A stretch of DNA of 64,000 bases from an uncultured Rhodobacterales bacterium (GCA_964497195.1 CAZCDC010000002.1:2969-66968), one strand, 5' to 3'. Positions 39,601 through 48,631 are shown, counted from the first letter of the stretch. The notes: generated by a model from the letters alone, not told the origin. Numbers and translations are program-made.

Positions 39601-42069
39601 GAAATGGGTGACACGGTAATTGAATTGCCTGTCACCAGCGATTGGGGCGCTGGCGCTTATGTCACTGCCACCCTTATTCGCCCGATGGATGTGGCGGCTG
39701 GGCGAAATCCTACCCGCGCCATTGGTCTGAATTACGCAGCGGTTGATCCGGGAGATCGTGCCCTAAAAGCCAGTTTCGAAATGCCAGCAGAGGTCGCACC
39801 GCGCGGCCCGATGCAGGTGGTGCTGAATGTCGAAAACGCCAGTGGCGCAACCTTTGCCACCATTGCCGCTGTCGATGTCGGGATATTGAACCTGACCGGA
39901 TATGATGCACCTGACCCAATGGGCCATTATTTTGGCCAACGCAAATTGGGTATGGAAATGCGTGATCTTTACGGACGGTTGATTGATGGTCTGCAAGGCA
40001 CGCCCGGGCGGTTACGTTCGGGTGGTGATAATGGCGCTGCGCGCAGCAATGCGCCGCCACCCACACAGGAACTTGTGGCCTATTTCAGCGGCCCGATTGT
40101 GGTTGGGCCGGATGGCACGGCGCGGGCCACATTTGACATGCCAGAATTCAACGGCACCGTGCGCCTGATGGCTGTGGTCTGGTCTGAAAACGGAATTGGA
40201 CAGGCTGAAACCGATATTCTGGTGCGTGACCCGATTGTGGTAACTGCCAGCCTGCCAAGGTTTCTCGCACCCGGGGATCAAAGCCGAATTCTGGTGGAAA
40301 TCGCCCATGCCAAAGGCCCTGTTGGTCAGGTTACTGTGCAGCTAGAAACCAGTGGCGAAGTATTTATCCCGCTGGACCTAAACACCCTCCAAACCGATCT
40401 GGCTGAAGGCCAAAAAACCACGTTCTCCATCCCGATTACGGCCGGCGCCGCTGGCAATGCCAGTATTACACTGATCACCCGAATGCCCGATGGCAACAAT
40501 CTCAGCAAGACCGAGCTGTTCTCAATCCGCGCCAATGATCCACTGATTTCCACCCGATTGCGTGTGACTTTGGCTGAAAATGGCGGGGAGTTTATACTGG
40601 ATAACGCGGTGTTTGCCGAACTGGTGCGCGGCACTGGCGTGGCTACTTTAACCATGGGACCCTTGGCGCGCTTTAACGCACCGCATCTGTTACAACAGCT
40701 TGATGGTTACCCGTATGGCTGCACCGAACAGGTCACATCCCGTGCGATTCCGCTGCTTTATATGGGCGATGTTGCCGCCGCGATGGGGCTGGAACAAGCT
40801 GATAATCTTGTGGGCCGCATTTCCGAAGCGATTTCCGCTGTCTTGGCCAACCAATCAGCGCGTGGTTCTTTTGGCCTGTGGCGCCCCGATCGCGGGGATT
40901 TATGGCTGGATTCTTATGCCAGCGATTTCCTGAGCCGTGCGCGCCAACAAGGGCATACGGTGCCAGATGCGGCTTTTGCCTCTGCGCTGGATAACCTGCG
41001 AAATCAGGTGAATTACGCCAATGATTTCGAAAATGGCGGCCAGGCAATTGCCTATGCCTTGATGGTATTGGCGCGCGAAGGTCAGGCCAGCATTGGCAAT
41101 CTACGTTATTACGCTGATACAAAACCCGATGATTTTGCCACTGCGCTGTCACTGGCACAGCTTGGCACCGCGCTGGCTTATTACGGTGATCAAAGCCGCG
41201 CTGATGCGCTGTTTGCACGGGCTTACGGTCAGATAAAACTGCGGGTCGAAAATGATCTGGCGTTCCGGCTTGATTTTGGCTCCCATTATCGCGATATGGC
41301 CGCCATTCTGGCCCTCGCAGTGGAGGTCGGCAGCACTGCGGTTGACCGCGAAGCACTGGCGCGCCGCGTGGCGGGCACCGACCGACGCTATACCTCCACA
41401 CAGGAAAACATGTGGGTTTTGTTGGCGGCAAATGCACTGATCGAAAACACAGATGCCGACGATATTTCAGTGAACGGGATGCCCATGAGCGGCCCGCTCG
41501 TGAGGCGTGTGACAAGCGCTGAACTATCCGGGCCGCCCCTTGTTTTTCGCAATAACGCGGACCAACCGATTGACGCAGTGCTAAATGTTCTGGGCGTCCC
41601 GGCGGCTAATGAACCAGCCCAAAGCAACGGTTACCGCATTGAGCGCTGGACCTATACAATGGACGGTGATCCGGTTGATTTTGACAATATCATTCAGAAC
41701 GAACGCTATGTTGCCATTCTTCGCATCACCCCCGAAACCCAGCGCAAAGGCCGTTTGATGGTGTCTGATCCTCTGCCAGCAGGTTTTGAGATTGATAGCC
41801 CAAATCTGCTGCAATCGGGTGATATTTCCGCGATTGACTGGCTGACACTGGACAATATCGCCAGCCATTCAGAATTTCGCGATGACCGGTTTTTGGCGGC
41901 CGTTGACTGGGATTCCAGAGACAGCTTTCAAATGGCTTATATCATCCGCGCGATTTCGCCGGGTGTTTTCCATCAACCCGCCGCGAGTGTTGAGGACATG
42001 TATCGCCCAGAATTACGCGCTCGGACAAATACACGCCAAATCACGGTGAACGGCGCACCCATCAAATGA
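36607..42069 (+). CDS. bacterial alpha-2-macroglobulin family protein (thioester-containing), 1820 aa
   Basis: Signal peptide. A Cys-rich PAN/Apple-like module (CEAACLADQSCTALTFNQEKSACFLK). An intact thioester motif GCTEQ (CTEQ at 40720-40731). Size and MG-domain-like repeats fit the family. The 3' end overlaps pbpC by 4 nt. Confidence 0.92.
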   Translation: MFFKALRPVFTGVLLAISANSLAAQESPIPERRSIAFQNTDFFGGDIRTLLDTTIQICEAACLADQSCTALTFNQEKSACFLKTGVTERTPFIGALSLEIVDTPEYLLAIGQERVAMLDFLPAHYITNATSRARRISLDYPTNGAESHALNDAAGAAFNAGEFFRALYIYAQILSYDDSAEAWLDLSRVARRIANSSRNVRNIATDAAVNAFLRAEGPVMQAEILVDLADILENNQLGRQAIPALRLALSLTNTRNIKEQLDRAIGLFGFRISDHQVDNNAVRPRICINFNEDLIEVGVDYSSFIQTGRGDLPVNVEGEQLCIDGVQHGERYNLTLRKGLPAASGETLHRSVELSVYVRDRDPSVRFLGRAFVLPSGDNASIPVVSVNTDVVELRISRVGERNLLPVLRDGYVGGTINEYTQDRIDNSLGEEIWAGIGEVGQQLNADITTALPLSPAISSFEPGIYVMTARVPDQDEEWDDAATQWFIVTDLGIETLLGADGLHVFVRGLSDAEPVIGATARLLAVNNTILAEIPTDAQGYAHFTDGYTRGTGGNSPAMVQVETSAGDFAFINLEEAAFDLSDRGVQGRSAPLPIDVFMVTERGAYRPGETVHTTILARDTQTIALGGLPLTVIVTRPDGVEHMREVVADIGAGGRAFHLKLPNGAMRGSWNMRVYTDVDDRSLKSLRFLVEDFIPERIDFTISAEDRSFALDETLLLSIEADYLYGAPAADLAIEGEVVVRRTFGGFSDYPGYHFGLRDEPFIQGYRGISSDSLTDANGLLALSIDLPEMEPTTQPLQMTATLRMADGSGRPVERSITRAILPDGPRIGIDPVFDGGVEEASTAVFNIIAIDQNLMRIAMNEVTWTLSRIERSYQWYRYDGYWNWEPISRRERVADGVISISADGSVQIEAPVKWGRYELKLSSNGAVYTASSFAFSAGWWAADAGSDTPDILDIGLDKASYLVGETAQLRLTPRYAGKALIRVVSDHLIFMQAIDVEMGDTVIELPVTSDWGAGAYVTATLIRPMDVAAGRNPTRAIGLNYAAVDPGDRALKASFEMPAEVAPRGPMQVVLNVENASGATFATIAAVDVGILNLTGYDAPDPMGHYFGQRKLGMEMRDLYGRLIDGLQGTPGRLRSGGDNGAARSNAPPPTQELVAYFSGPIVVGPDGTARATFDMPEFNGTVRLMAVVWSENGIGQAETDILVRDPIVVTASLPRFLAPGDQSRILVEIAHAKGPVGQVTVQLETSGEVFIPLDLNTLQTDLAEGQKTTFSIPITAGAAGNASITLITRMPDGNNLSKTELFSIRANDPLISTRLRVTLAENGGEFILDNAVFAELVRGTGVATLTMGPLARFNAPHLLQQLDGYPYGCTEQVTSRAIPLLYMGDVAAAMGLEQADNLVGRISEAISAVLANQSARGSFGLWRPDRGDLWLDSYASDFLSRARQQGHTVPDAAFASALDNLRNQVNYANDFENGGQAIAYALMVLAREGQASIGNLRYYADTKPDDFATALSLAQLGTALAYYGDQSRADALFARAYGQIKLRVENDLAFRLDFGSHYRDMAAILALAVEVGSTAVDREALARRVAGTDRRYTSTQENMWVLLAANALIENTDADDISVNGMPMSGPLVRRVTSAELSGPPLVFRNNADQPIDAVLNVLGVPAANEPAQSNGYRIERWTYTMDGDPVDFDNIIQNERYVAILRITPETQRKGRLMVSDPLPAGFEIDSPNLLQSGDISAIDWLTLDNIASHSEFRDDRFLAAVDWDSRDSFQMAYIIRAISPGVFHQPAASVEDMYRPELRARTNTRQITVNGAPIK

Positions 42070-44117
42070 AACGCTGGCTTAGGCGGGGCTTTGCGCTCTG
42101 CCTGATTGCGCTTTCTGTTGGGTTTGTTGCGCTTGATCAATGGGTTGAGCGAACATCCTTGCCGTATTTGGCGCTGGAAACCTCCAAAACTGTTCTGGAT
42201 TCCGAGGGGGTTTTGCTACGCGCCTATGCGGTTGATGACGGCCGCTGGCGCTTGCCTGTCACCGTTGATCAGGTTGATCCAAACTACCTCCGCCAACTTA
42301 TCGCGTTTGAGGATAAACGCTTTTACAGCCATATCGGCGCAGACCCCCGCGCCATGCTGCGCGCTGCCAGTCAAGCCATTTGGAATGGCCGGATTGTGTC
42401 AGGTGGCAGCACCATTACCATGCAAGTGGCACGATTACTGGAAGACGGTGAAACCGGACAATGGCCGGGAAAAATCAGGCAATTCCGGCTGGCACTGGCG
42501 CTGGAACGCCACCTTTCCAAAGACGAAATTCTGAACCTTTATCTGCTGCTCGCACCGATGGGTGGCAATATTGAGGGGGTGCGCGCCGCAACGCTGACCT
42601 ATTTTGGCAAAGAACCAAAACGCCTAACTCCGGCTGAAGCTGCGCTGCTGGTCGCCCTGCCCCAAGCCCCGACATCGCGCCGCCCCGATCGTTATGCCGC
42701 CGCCGCCCAAATCGCCCGGGACCGTGTTTTGCAGCGCAGCGTTGGCACAGGCCTGTTGCCGATGGACGAAGCCGAGGCCGCCTTTCAGGAAATGGTGCCC
42801 AGCACGCGTATCCCGTTTCCTATTCTTGCACCCCACCTGTCTGATCGGCTTTTGGCAGAAAACCCTGCGCAAAACATCCATCAAACCACCCTGGACAAAG
42901 ACCTGCAAAACAGCATTGAACAATTGTTGAACACCGCAGTTATTTCGCAAAATGATGGCGTTTCAGCCGCAGTAATTATCGCGGATCATCAGTCAGGTGC
43001 GATTCTCGCCATTGCAGGCTCATCCGATTTTTTTGATACAAAACGGCGCGGGTTTATTGATATGACACGGGCGGTTCGCTCCCCCGGTTCCACCCTAAAA
43101 CCGTTTATTTATGGCTTGGCGTTTGAAAACGGGCTGGCGCATCCCGAAACCATCATCGAGGACCAGCCGATGCGCTTTGGCGGCTATGCCCCGCAGAATT
43201 TTGACAAAACCTTTCGCGGCGCGGTGCATATCCGCACAGCCTTGCAATTGTCACTGAATATTCCGGCGGTCGCGGTGCTGGATGCGGTTGGCCCGGCGCT
43301 TTTCCTTGATCGTCTACGCCGCGCGGGGGTTGAGCCACAATTGCCACCCGGCGGCATTCCGGGCCTTGCAATTGCGCTTGGCGGCGTGGGCCTGACCTTA
43401 CATGATCTGGTCACGCTTTATGCAGCGCTGGCGCGGGGCGGTGAGCCGGTTGAGATTTCAGCAACCCAAAGCCAAAGCGGTGGTAATCCGGTTTTACTGC
43501 AAGGTGCCGCGTGGCAAGTTGCCGATATTCTGTCAGCCACGCCGCCACCGGAATCCGCTGCGCTCAACCAGATTGCGTATAAAACCGGCACGTCATACGG
43601 GTACCGCGATGCGTGGGCAATCGGGTTTGACGGGCAGCATGTTATTGGCGTGTGGTTGGGGCGGCCTGATGCCGCCTCGGTGCCGGGCATTCAAGGGCTG
43701 GAAGACGCCGCACCGATCTTGTTTGAGGCGTTTTCACATCTAAAAGAATTGCCCACCCCATTACCCCCCGCGCCGCGTTCGGTTTTGACCGTGGGCAATG
43801 CTGAATTACCCCCACCCCTGCAAGCATTTCGGGCACGCGGCGACATTGATTATGTTGACCTCACCCAACCCGAAATCAGCTTTCCACCCGATGGATCAGC
43901 GGTTGATCTGGGGCTGGCGGCTGGATATGAGGCCGATTTGGTAATTAAGCTGCGCAATGGCACCCCGCCCTTTAACTGGATCATCAACGGCCAGCGTATT
44001 GGCGCGCCAAGTTATGATCGTCAAACCATTTGGACCCCCAATGCTGGCGGGTTTGTCACCATTTCGGTGGTTGATTCATTGGGCCGCGCGGCGCGTGCGC
44101 AAGTATTCTTGCAATAA
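42066..44117 (+). CDS. pbpC: penicillin-binding protein 1C (bifunctional transglycosylase/transpeptidase-like)
   Basis: GT51 motifs (AFEDKRFYSHIG, GGSTITMQ) and transpeptidase motifs STLK, SLN and KTGT. The start is translationally coupled to the A2M gene. Confidence 0.92.
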   Translation: MKRWLRRGFALCLIALSVGFVALDQWVERTSLPYLALETSKTVLDSEGVLLRAYAVDDGRWRLPVTVDQVDPNYLRQLIAFEDKRFYSHIGADPRAMLRAASQAIWNGRIVSGGSTITMQVARLLEDGETGQWPGKIRQFRLALALERHLSKDEILNLYLLLAPMGGNIEGVRAATLTYFGKEPKRLTPAEAALLVALPQAPTSRRPDRYAAAAQIARDRVLQRSVGTGLLPMDEAEAAFQEMVPSTRIPFPILAPHLSDRLLAENPAQNIHQTTLDKDLQNSIEQLLNTAVISQNDGVSAAVIIADHQSGAILAIAGSSDFFDTKRRGFIDMTRAVRSPGSTLKPFIYGLAFENGLAHPETIIEDQPMRFGGYAPQNFDKTFRGAVHIRTALQLSLNIPAVAVLDAVGPALFLDRLRRAGVEPQLPPGGIPGLAIALGGVGLTLHDLVTLYAALARGGEPVEISATQSQSGGNPVLLQGAAWQVADILSATPPPESAALNQIAYKTGTSYGYRDAWAIGFDGQHVIGVWLGRPDAASVPGIQGLEDAAPILFEAFSHLKELPTPLPPAPRSVLTVGNAELPPPLQAFRARGDIDYVDLTQPEISFPPDGSAVDLGLAAGYEADLVIKLRNGTPPFNWIINGQRIGAPSYDRQTIWTPNAGGFVTISVVDSLGRAARAQVFLQ

Positions 44118-44220
44118 TTCGCTAATTTGCCCCAAGACTATTGACGAAAGCTGTGTTATTAGCCACTTAACATAAGTCCTGTGCAGGATTCTCTGCCAGG
44201 AAAATATCCATTATTTAAGG

Positions 44221-44778
44221 ATGAATTCGATAGCTCGCAGACCTCATAACGCGCCACCACAGCGCGACACCGGACCCCGCGCCAATGGGCGCATTACCTC
44301 AGATGAAATCCGCCTTATTGGCGCCGAAGGCGAAAACGAGGGCGTTGTAACCCCTGCGCGCGGCATGGAATTAGCCCGCGAGGCTGGCCTTGATCTGGTT
44401 GAAATCTCCCCCAATGCGCGGCCGCCTGTGTGCAAAATCATGGATTTTGGCAAGTTCAAATATGAACAGCAGAAAAAAGACAGCGAAACCCGCAAAAAAC
44501 AAAAAATTATTGAAGTCAAAGAGGTCAAATTCCGGCCTAATACCGACACCAATGATTATGACGTAAAAATGCGCAACGTATTCAAATTCTTGGAAAATGG
44601 CGACAAGGTAAAGGTGACATTGCGGTTTCGCGGCCGTGAAATGGCCCATCTGAACTTGGGCCGTAAATTGCTGGAACGCGTGGCCGTCGATGTCGAAGAA
44701 TTTGGCAAAGTTGACTCAATGCCAAAAATGGAAGGCCGTCAGATGGTTATGATGATTAACCCGCTGCGGAAAACATAA
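44221..44778 (+). CDS. infC: translation initiation factor IF-3 (true start may be the ATA at 44230)
   Basis: ARRPHNAPP...[23 protein letters not shown]...[26 protein letters not shown] is typical IF-3. See the finding on the start codon. Confidence 0.94.
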   Translation: MNSIARRPHNAPPQRDTGPRANGRITSDEIRLIGAEGENEGVVTPARGMELAREAGLDLVEISPNARPPVCKIMDFGKFKYEQQKKDSETRKKQKIIEVKEVKFRPNTDTNDYDVKMRNVFKFLENGDKVKVTLRFRGREMAHLNLGRKLLERVAVDVEEFGKVDSMPKMEGRQMVMMINPLRKT

Positions 44779-44808
44779 ATAATCACAGGGCGGCTTTTTG
44801 GCAGTCTT

Positions 44809-45690
44809 ATGGCAGATAAAACAACATTAATGCACCGGCTAGAGGCAACCCTGATTTGGGTGTTGCCTTTTGCTTTGCGGCCCTTTCCGTTTGCGTTTCG
44901 GGTAAAACTGGGGGGCTGGATTATTGGGCCGATAATCCGGATTTTACCGCCAACGCGCAAACGTATTTCTAATAATCTTGACCTGATTTACCCGCGGATT
45001 TCTGCCCCTGAAAAACGAAAATTCATGGGGCGAATTTGTAAAAACATCGGCGCGCGTTTTATTGAGGGATTTTATAACGCAGAATTCCACAAGCGCGATC
45101 ATGAAATGCATATGCAACCGGGGGCGTTGGACCAAATCAGAAAAGCGCAGCTAAATAAGCGTCCGGTAATTTTGGTATCTGGGCATTTTGGCCAATGGGA
45201 AGCGCCGCGCGCGGTGATGAAATCCGCAGGAATGGAAAGCGGTGCAATCTATAAAAAAAGCAGTAATCCGATTTTCGAGCGGCATTTTTACGCGTCAGTT
45301 TCGGCAGGTGGCACACCCTTGTTTCAAACCGGCGCCGCAGGGCTGCGCGGCATGGTCAAACACCTGAAATCCGGTGGGGTTTTTGCGATTTTGCTGGATC
45401 AGGTTAATCGGCGCGGCCAGATCTTGAGCTTTTTTGGCAAGCCTGCATTGACAGCCCTGACAGCCGCTGAATTAGCGCTTAAGTTCAATGCTTTGCTGGT
45501 GCCGTGTTATGGGATTTTTCGCGTTGATGGTCGAAATATTGATGTGGTTTTTGAACCGGCTATCCCGCATTCTGATGCAAAAACCATGACGCAGGCCCTG
45601 AATGACAGCCTTGCGGCGCGGGTAAAAACCAACCCAGAACAATGGTATTGGCTGCATCGGCGCTGGAAAATACCTCATTCAGATCAATAG
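44809..45690 (+). CDS. LpxL/HtrB-family lipid A biosynthesis (lauroyl/late) acyltransferase-like protein
   Basis: SGHFGQWE (the HxxxxE/D acyltransferase motif of the LpxL family) and C-terminal PEQWYWLHRRWK. Confidence 0.8.
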   Translation: MADKTTLMHRLEATLIWVLPFALRPFPFAFRVKLGGWIIGPIIRILPPTRKRISNNLDLIYPRISAPEKRKFMGRICKNIGARFIEGFYNAEFHKRDHEMHMQPGALDQIRKAQLNKRPVILVSGHFGQWEAPRAVMKSAGMESGAIYKKSSNPIFERHFYASVSAGGTPLFQTGAAGLRGMVKHLKSGGVFAILLDQVNRRGQILSFFGKPALTALTAAELALKFNALLVPCYGIFRVDGRNIDVVFEPAIPHSDAKTMTQALNDSLAARVKTNPEQWYWLHRRWKIPHSDQ

Positions 45691-45779
45691 GCGACAGTGC
45701 CAGATATTCATTGCCACACAAAAATTACATGTTTCGAATTTGTCATGCTGTCAACTTGCACAGCTTTGGCCCCGTAAAA

Positions 45780-46787
45780 TCAGCCATATTTCTCAGCCCA
45801 TGTTAAATGCGTGTCGTGCGGCGCGGATATTGCCAAATACACCGCCCGCGCAATGGCGCGTGATAAACAAAGCGCCGCCGCGTGGCCAAGCAAAATTTGG
45901 TCTGCCACCGGATCAACCAACGGCTTTTCACAGGTTGCGGCCGCAAAAACCAAATCCCCGTCCACCAAGGTATGGCTGGGGATAATTGCCCGCGCCATGC
46001 CGTCATGCGCCACGGTTGCGAGGCGCTGTGCCTCGGCACTGGTAAGGGTCGCGTCCGTCGCGACAATGGCAATTGTGGTGTTTCCCTTGGCATTAAAGTG
46101 AGGCATCGACTGGTTAAAGAGTTTGGCCAGCGGGTCTGCCATTGCTGGAACGCCAAGGCCTCCGAATTCATTATCTATTTCCCACGGGCTGGCCCAGAAC
46201 TGACCTTTTTTACCTGAATTGGTGCACCCAAACGCATTAACCGCCACCAACGCACCAACAACGTGGCCGCTTTCCAGAACAACCGAAGCAGAGCCAAGCC
46301 CGCCCTTCAAATCACCCGTTGTTGCGCCCGTTCCTGCTCCGATAGTGCCCAGAGAGAAATCAGAATTCGCATCAGCCAATGCAGCAGCGCCCAGCGCATA
46401 ATACGGGTTTCTGGTCCATTTTTTATCGCCGCCATTGGTCAGATCAAATAAAATCGCGCCCGGAACCAGCGGAATTATGGCCTCTCCAATGCGAAAACCC
46501 CGCGCCATTTTCAGCAAACCATCCGCCACGCCTGAACAAGCATCTAATCCAAAAGCCGAGCCGCCAGACAGCACAAATGCGTCCACCTCAGCCGTCAATT
46601 TGTCGGGTGCTAAAAGATCTGTTTCACGTGTGCCGGGCGCGCCACCCATCACGTGAACAGCACCAATAAACGGCTTGTCCGCTGTCAAAACCGTGCTGCC
46701 AGATTTCAGGGTGTCATCCTGTGCATTGCCAACGCGCAGCCCTGCAACATCGGTAATCAGGTTACGCGGTCCAATTTTCATATGCAA
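45780..46787 (-). CDS. P1/S58-family peptidase (DmpA-type aminopeptidase/esterase)
   Basis: ITDVAGLRVGN, GGAPGTRETDLL and GNTTIAIVATDA (self-processing Ntn-type family). The start is either 46787 or 46781. Confidence 0.85.
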   Translation of the reverse strand: MHMKIGPRNLITDVAGLRVGNAQDDTLKSGSTVLTADKPFIGAVHVMGGAPGTRETDLLAPDKLTAEVDAFVLSGGSAFGLDACSGVADGLLKMARGFRIGEAIIPLVPGAILFDLTNGGDKKWTRNPYYALGAAALADANSDFSLGTIGAGTGATTGDLKGGLGSASVVLESGHVVGALVAVNAFGCTNSGKKGQFWASPWEIDNEFGGLGVPAMADPLAKLFNQSMPHFNAKGNTTIAIVATDATLTSAEAQRLATVAHDGMARAIIPSHTLVDGDLVFAAATCEKPLVDPVADQILLGHAAALCLSRAIARAVYLAISAPHDTHLTWAEKYG

Positions 46788-47521
46788 CGCCCACCGTCGA
46801 TTTCCATTGCCACGCCTGTGATCATGCTGGCCTCATCCGAGCATAGGAAACATGCAGCATTGCCCATGTCTTGGGGGGTTGAAAATCGACCCAAAGGGAT
46901 TGTTGACAAGAATTTAGCGCGGATTTCAGGGGTATCTTGGCCCATAAATGTCTGTAATAATGGCGTTTCGCCGGCCACCGGATTGATCGCATTTACCCGA
47001 ATACCTTTTGGCGCCAGCTCCACAGCCATGGTTTTGGTGGCAGTAATCATCCAGCCTTTTGAGGCGTTATACCAATTCAGATTAGGCCGTGGGCTAACCC
47101 CTGCGGTGGAGGCAACATTCAAAATCACGCCTGATCCAGCCTTGATCATCATCGGCACAATTGTTTTGGCAGACAGATAAACCGATTTGGCATTCACCGC
47201 CAAAACCCGGTCAAATTCATCTTCTTCAACTTGTTCCATTGGTTGTGGCAAATGGGTAATGCCTGCATTATTGACCAAAATATCCACCTGCCCGAAGGCT
47301 GCTTTTGCAGCTGTGGCCAAGGCCTCCCAGCTTTCCATTTTTGATACATCGACCGCCAACGGGATCGCGTCAAATTTTTGGGCCATTTGAATTGCGGCAT
47401 CTTCATTTATATCTGCAATCAATACGCGCGCGCCCTCGGCCACGAATTTTTCAACAATCCCTGCGCCAAAGCCAGAACCACCGCCGGTGACAATTGCTGT
47501 TTTTCCCTTAAGTCGCATCAA
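46778..47521 (-). CDS. SDR-family oxidoreductase (glucose 1-dehydrogenase / 3-oxoacyl-ACP-reductase-like)
   Basis: TAIVTGGGSGFGAG, NNAG and YNASKGW motifs. It overlaps both neighbours by a few nt. Confidence 0.9.
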   Translation of the reverse strand: MMRLKGKTAIVTGGGSGFGAGIVEKFVAEGARVLIADINEDAAIQMAQKFDAIPLAVDVSKMESWEALATAAKAAFGQVDILVNNAGITHLPQPMEQVEEDEFDRVLAVNAKSVYLSAKTIVPMMIKAGSGVILNVASTAGVSPRPNLNWYNASKGWMITATKTMAVELAPKGIRVNAINPVAGETPLLQTFMGQDTPEIRAKFLSTIPLGRFSTPQDMGNAACFLCSDEASMITGVAMEIDGGRCI

Positions 47522-48099
47522 CCCCTCCTGTTTGTTGCAATAAAACCAAGTTTGCGCCGCTTCGCAAGCTCTCGATACAGAGCCTCGGGGCTAACGCCGA
47601 TTTCATTAGCCACCTGATACCAATCCCCTTTGGGCGGCAAAATATCATCATGCCAAACCAACCACGCTGTTAACCGGTCAGAAACGGTTTTCAACGAAAT
47701 AATTTCCGCCCTGCGCCGCGTATTTTGCACTTCCTTTGCCAAATGAACAATTAAGCTGCGTGATACTTCTGGGTCGCTTTCCAGCAGTTTTTCAATGTTT
47801 TTCTTTTTAAAAACAAATAGTTCTAAATTAGAAATAGCATTGGCAGAGCAATGATAAATTGGCGTATTAAGCGATGCCTCTGCCAAAACCATGCCCTTTT
47901 CGGCGCGCTGCAAGATCACTTCGGTCCCGTCTAGCTGTCGGCGCAGCAACAGCGCTTTGCCTGCGCGCACTGCAAAATATTCCACCACAGGTTCATTGCG
48001 TTCAAAAATCAATGCGCCTGCGCCATACAGTCGGATTTGATGAGGGAGTTTTACTAAATGTTCAAAAAAGCTTTGCCTCATGATAAGTATCATGTTCAT
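47518..48099 (-). CDS. Crp/Fnr-family transcriptional regulator
   Basis: A cNMP-binding-like N-domain and a C-terminal HTH (VANEIGVSPEALYRELAKRRKLG). It is the first gene of a 3-gene overlapping operon. The start could instead be the Met at 48081. Confidence 0.78.
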   Translation of the reverse strand: MNMILIMRQSFFEHLVKLPHQIRLYGAGALIFERNEPVVEYFAVRAGKALLLRRQLDGTEVILQRAEKGMVLAEASLNTPIYHCSANAISNLELFVFKKKNIEKLLESDPEVSRSLIVHLAKEVQNTRRRAEIISLKTVSDRLTAWLVWHDDILPPKGDWYQVANEIGVSPEALYRELAKRRKLGFIATNRRG

Positions 48100-48176
48100 A
48101 AAACTGCAAAATGGTCAAGCTATGCTCTTGGTTTTTTTGGCATAATGGCACAGGGCAGGCTCCACCTAGGGCATTA

Positions 48177-48554
48177 CTAATCATAACAAACCACCTCAAA
48201 TTCGATCCCGTCGCTGTCTTTGAAATAAAACCGGCTGCCGGGCTCGTAATCACCGTGGTTGGTTGTTTGGAAACCGTGTTTGATCACAGCGGCCTCGATC
48301 GCGTCCAGATCATCAACGACAAGCGCAACATGGTTCAGCCCGTTGAGGTGGAAATAACTTTCCGCGGCTTTGGACAGCTCATTTGGTGGTTTATAAAACG
48401 CGATATAGTCAGTTTCACTGCCAACATGGATGGTAAAACCGCCATGAATTGACTCTCCCTGCCAGCGGATTTTCCAGCCAAAAATCGTCTCCATCATCGC
48501 GGCTGACCGCTGCGGGTCACTTACCGTTATGTTCACATGTTCCAGGCGCGTCAT
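48177..48554 (-). CDS. VOC-family (glyoxalase/bleomycin-resistance/dioxygenase fold) protein
   Basis: RLEHVNITVSD...LNHVALVVDDLDAIEAAV...DSDGIEFEV is the paired beta-alpha-beta-beta-beta pattern. It lies divergent from soxR. Confidence 0.8.
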   Translation of the reverse strand: MTRLEHVNITVSDPQRSAAMMETIFGWKIRWQGESIHGGFTIHVGSETDYIAFYKPPNELSKAAESYFHLNGLNHVALVVDDLDAIEAAVIKHGFQTTNHGDYEPGSRFYFKDSDGIEFEVVCYD

Positions 48555-48589
48555 AAATTTCCTTTCGAATTTGATCTTTTGTGATTCCC

Positions 48590-48620
48590 GTTGTAATCTC
48601 TAAACCTAACTTTAGGTCAA
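48590..48620 (-). promoter_or_regulatory. MerR/SoxR-type promoter with 19-bp spacer and SoxR-box-like palindrome, driving the VOC gene
   Basis: The minus strand reads TTGACC-TAAAGTTAGGTTTAGAGAT-TACAAC, a 19-nt spacer. The palindrome ACCTAA-NN-TTAGGT (48604-48617) resembles the CCTCAAGTTAACTTGAGG SoxR box. It lies between divergent soxR and the VOC gene. Confidence 0.55.
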
Positions 48621-48631
48621 GGAATAATTTC

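Noticed and set aside
48081-48092. An FNR/CRP-like palindrome TGAT-AAGT-ATCA at the 5' end of the Crp/Fnr-family gene.
   Set aside because: It matches only 8 of 10 positions of TTGAT-N4-ATCAA. It lies inside, or immediately abutting, the coding start, too close to act as a promoter element. It is probably coincidental.
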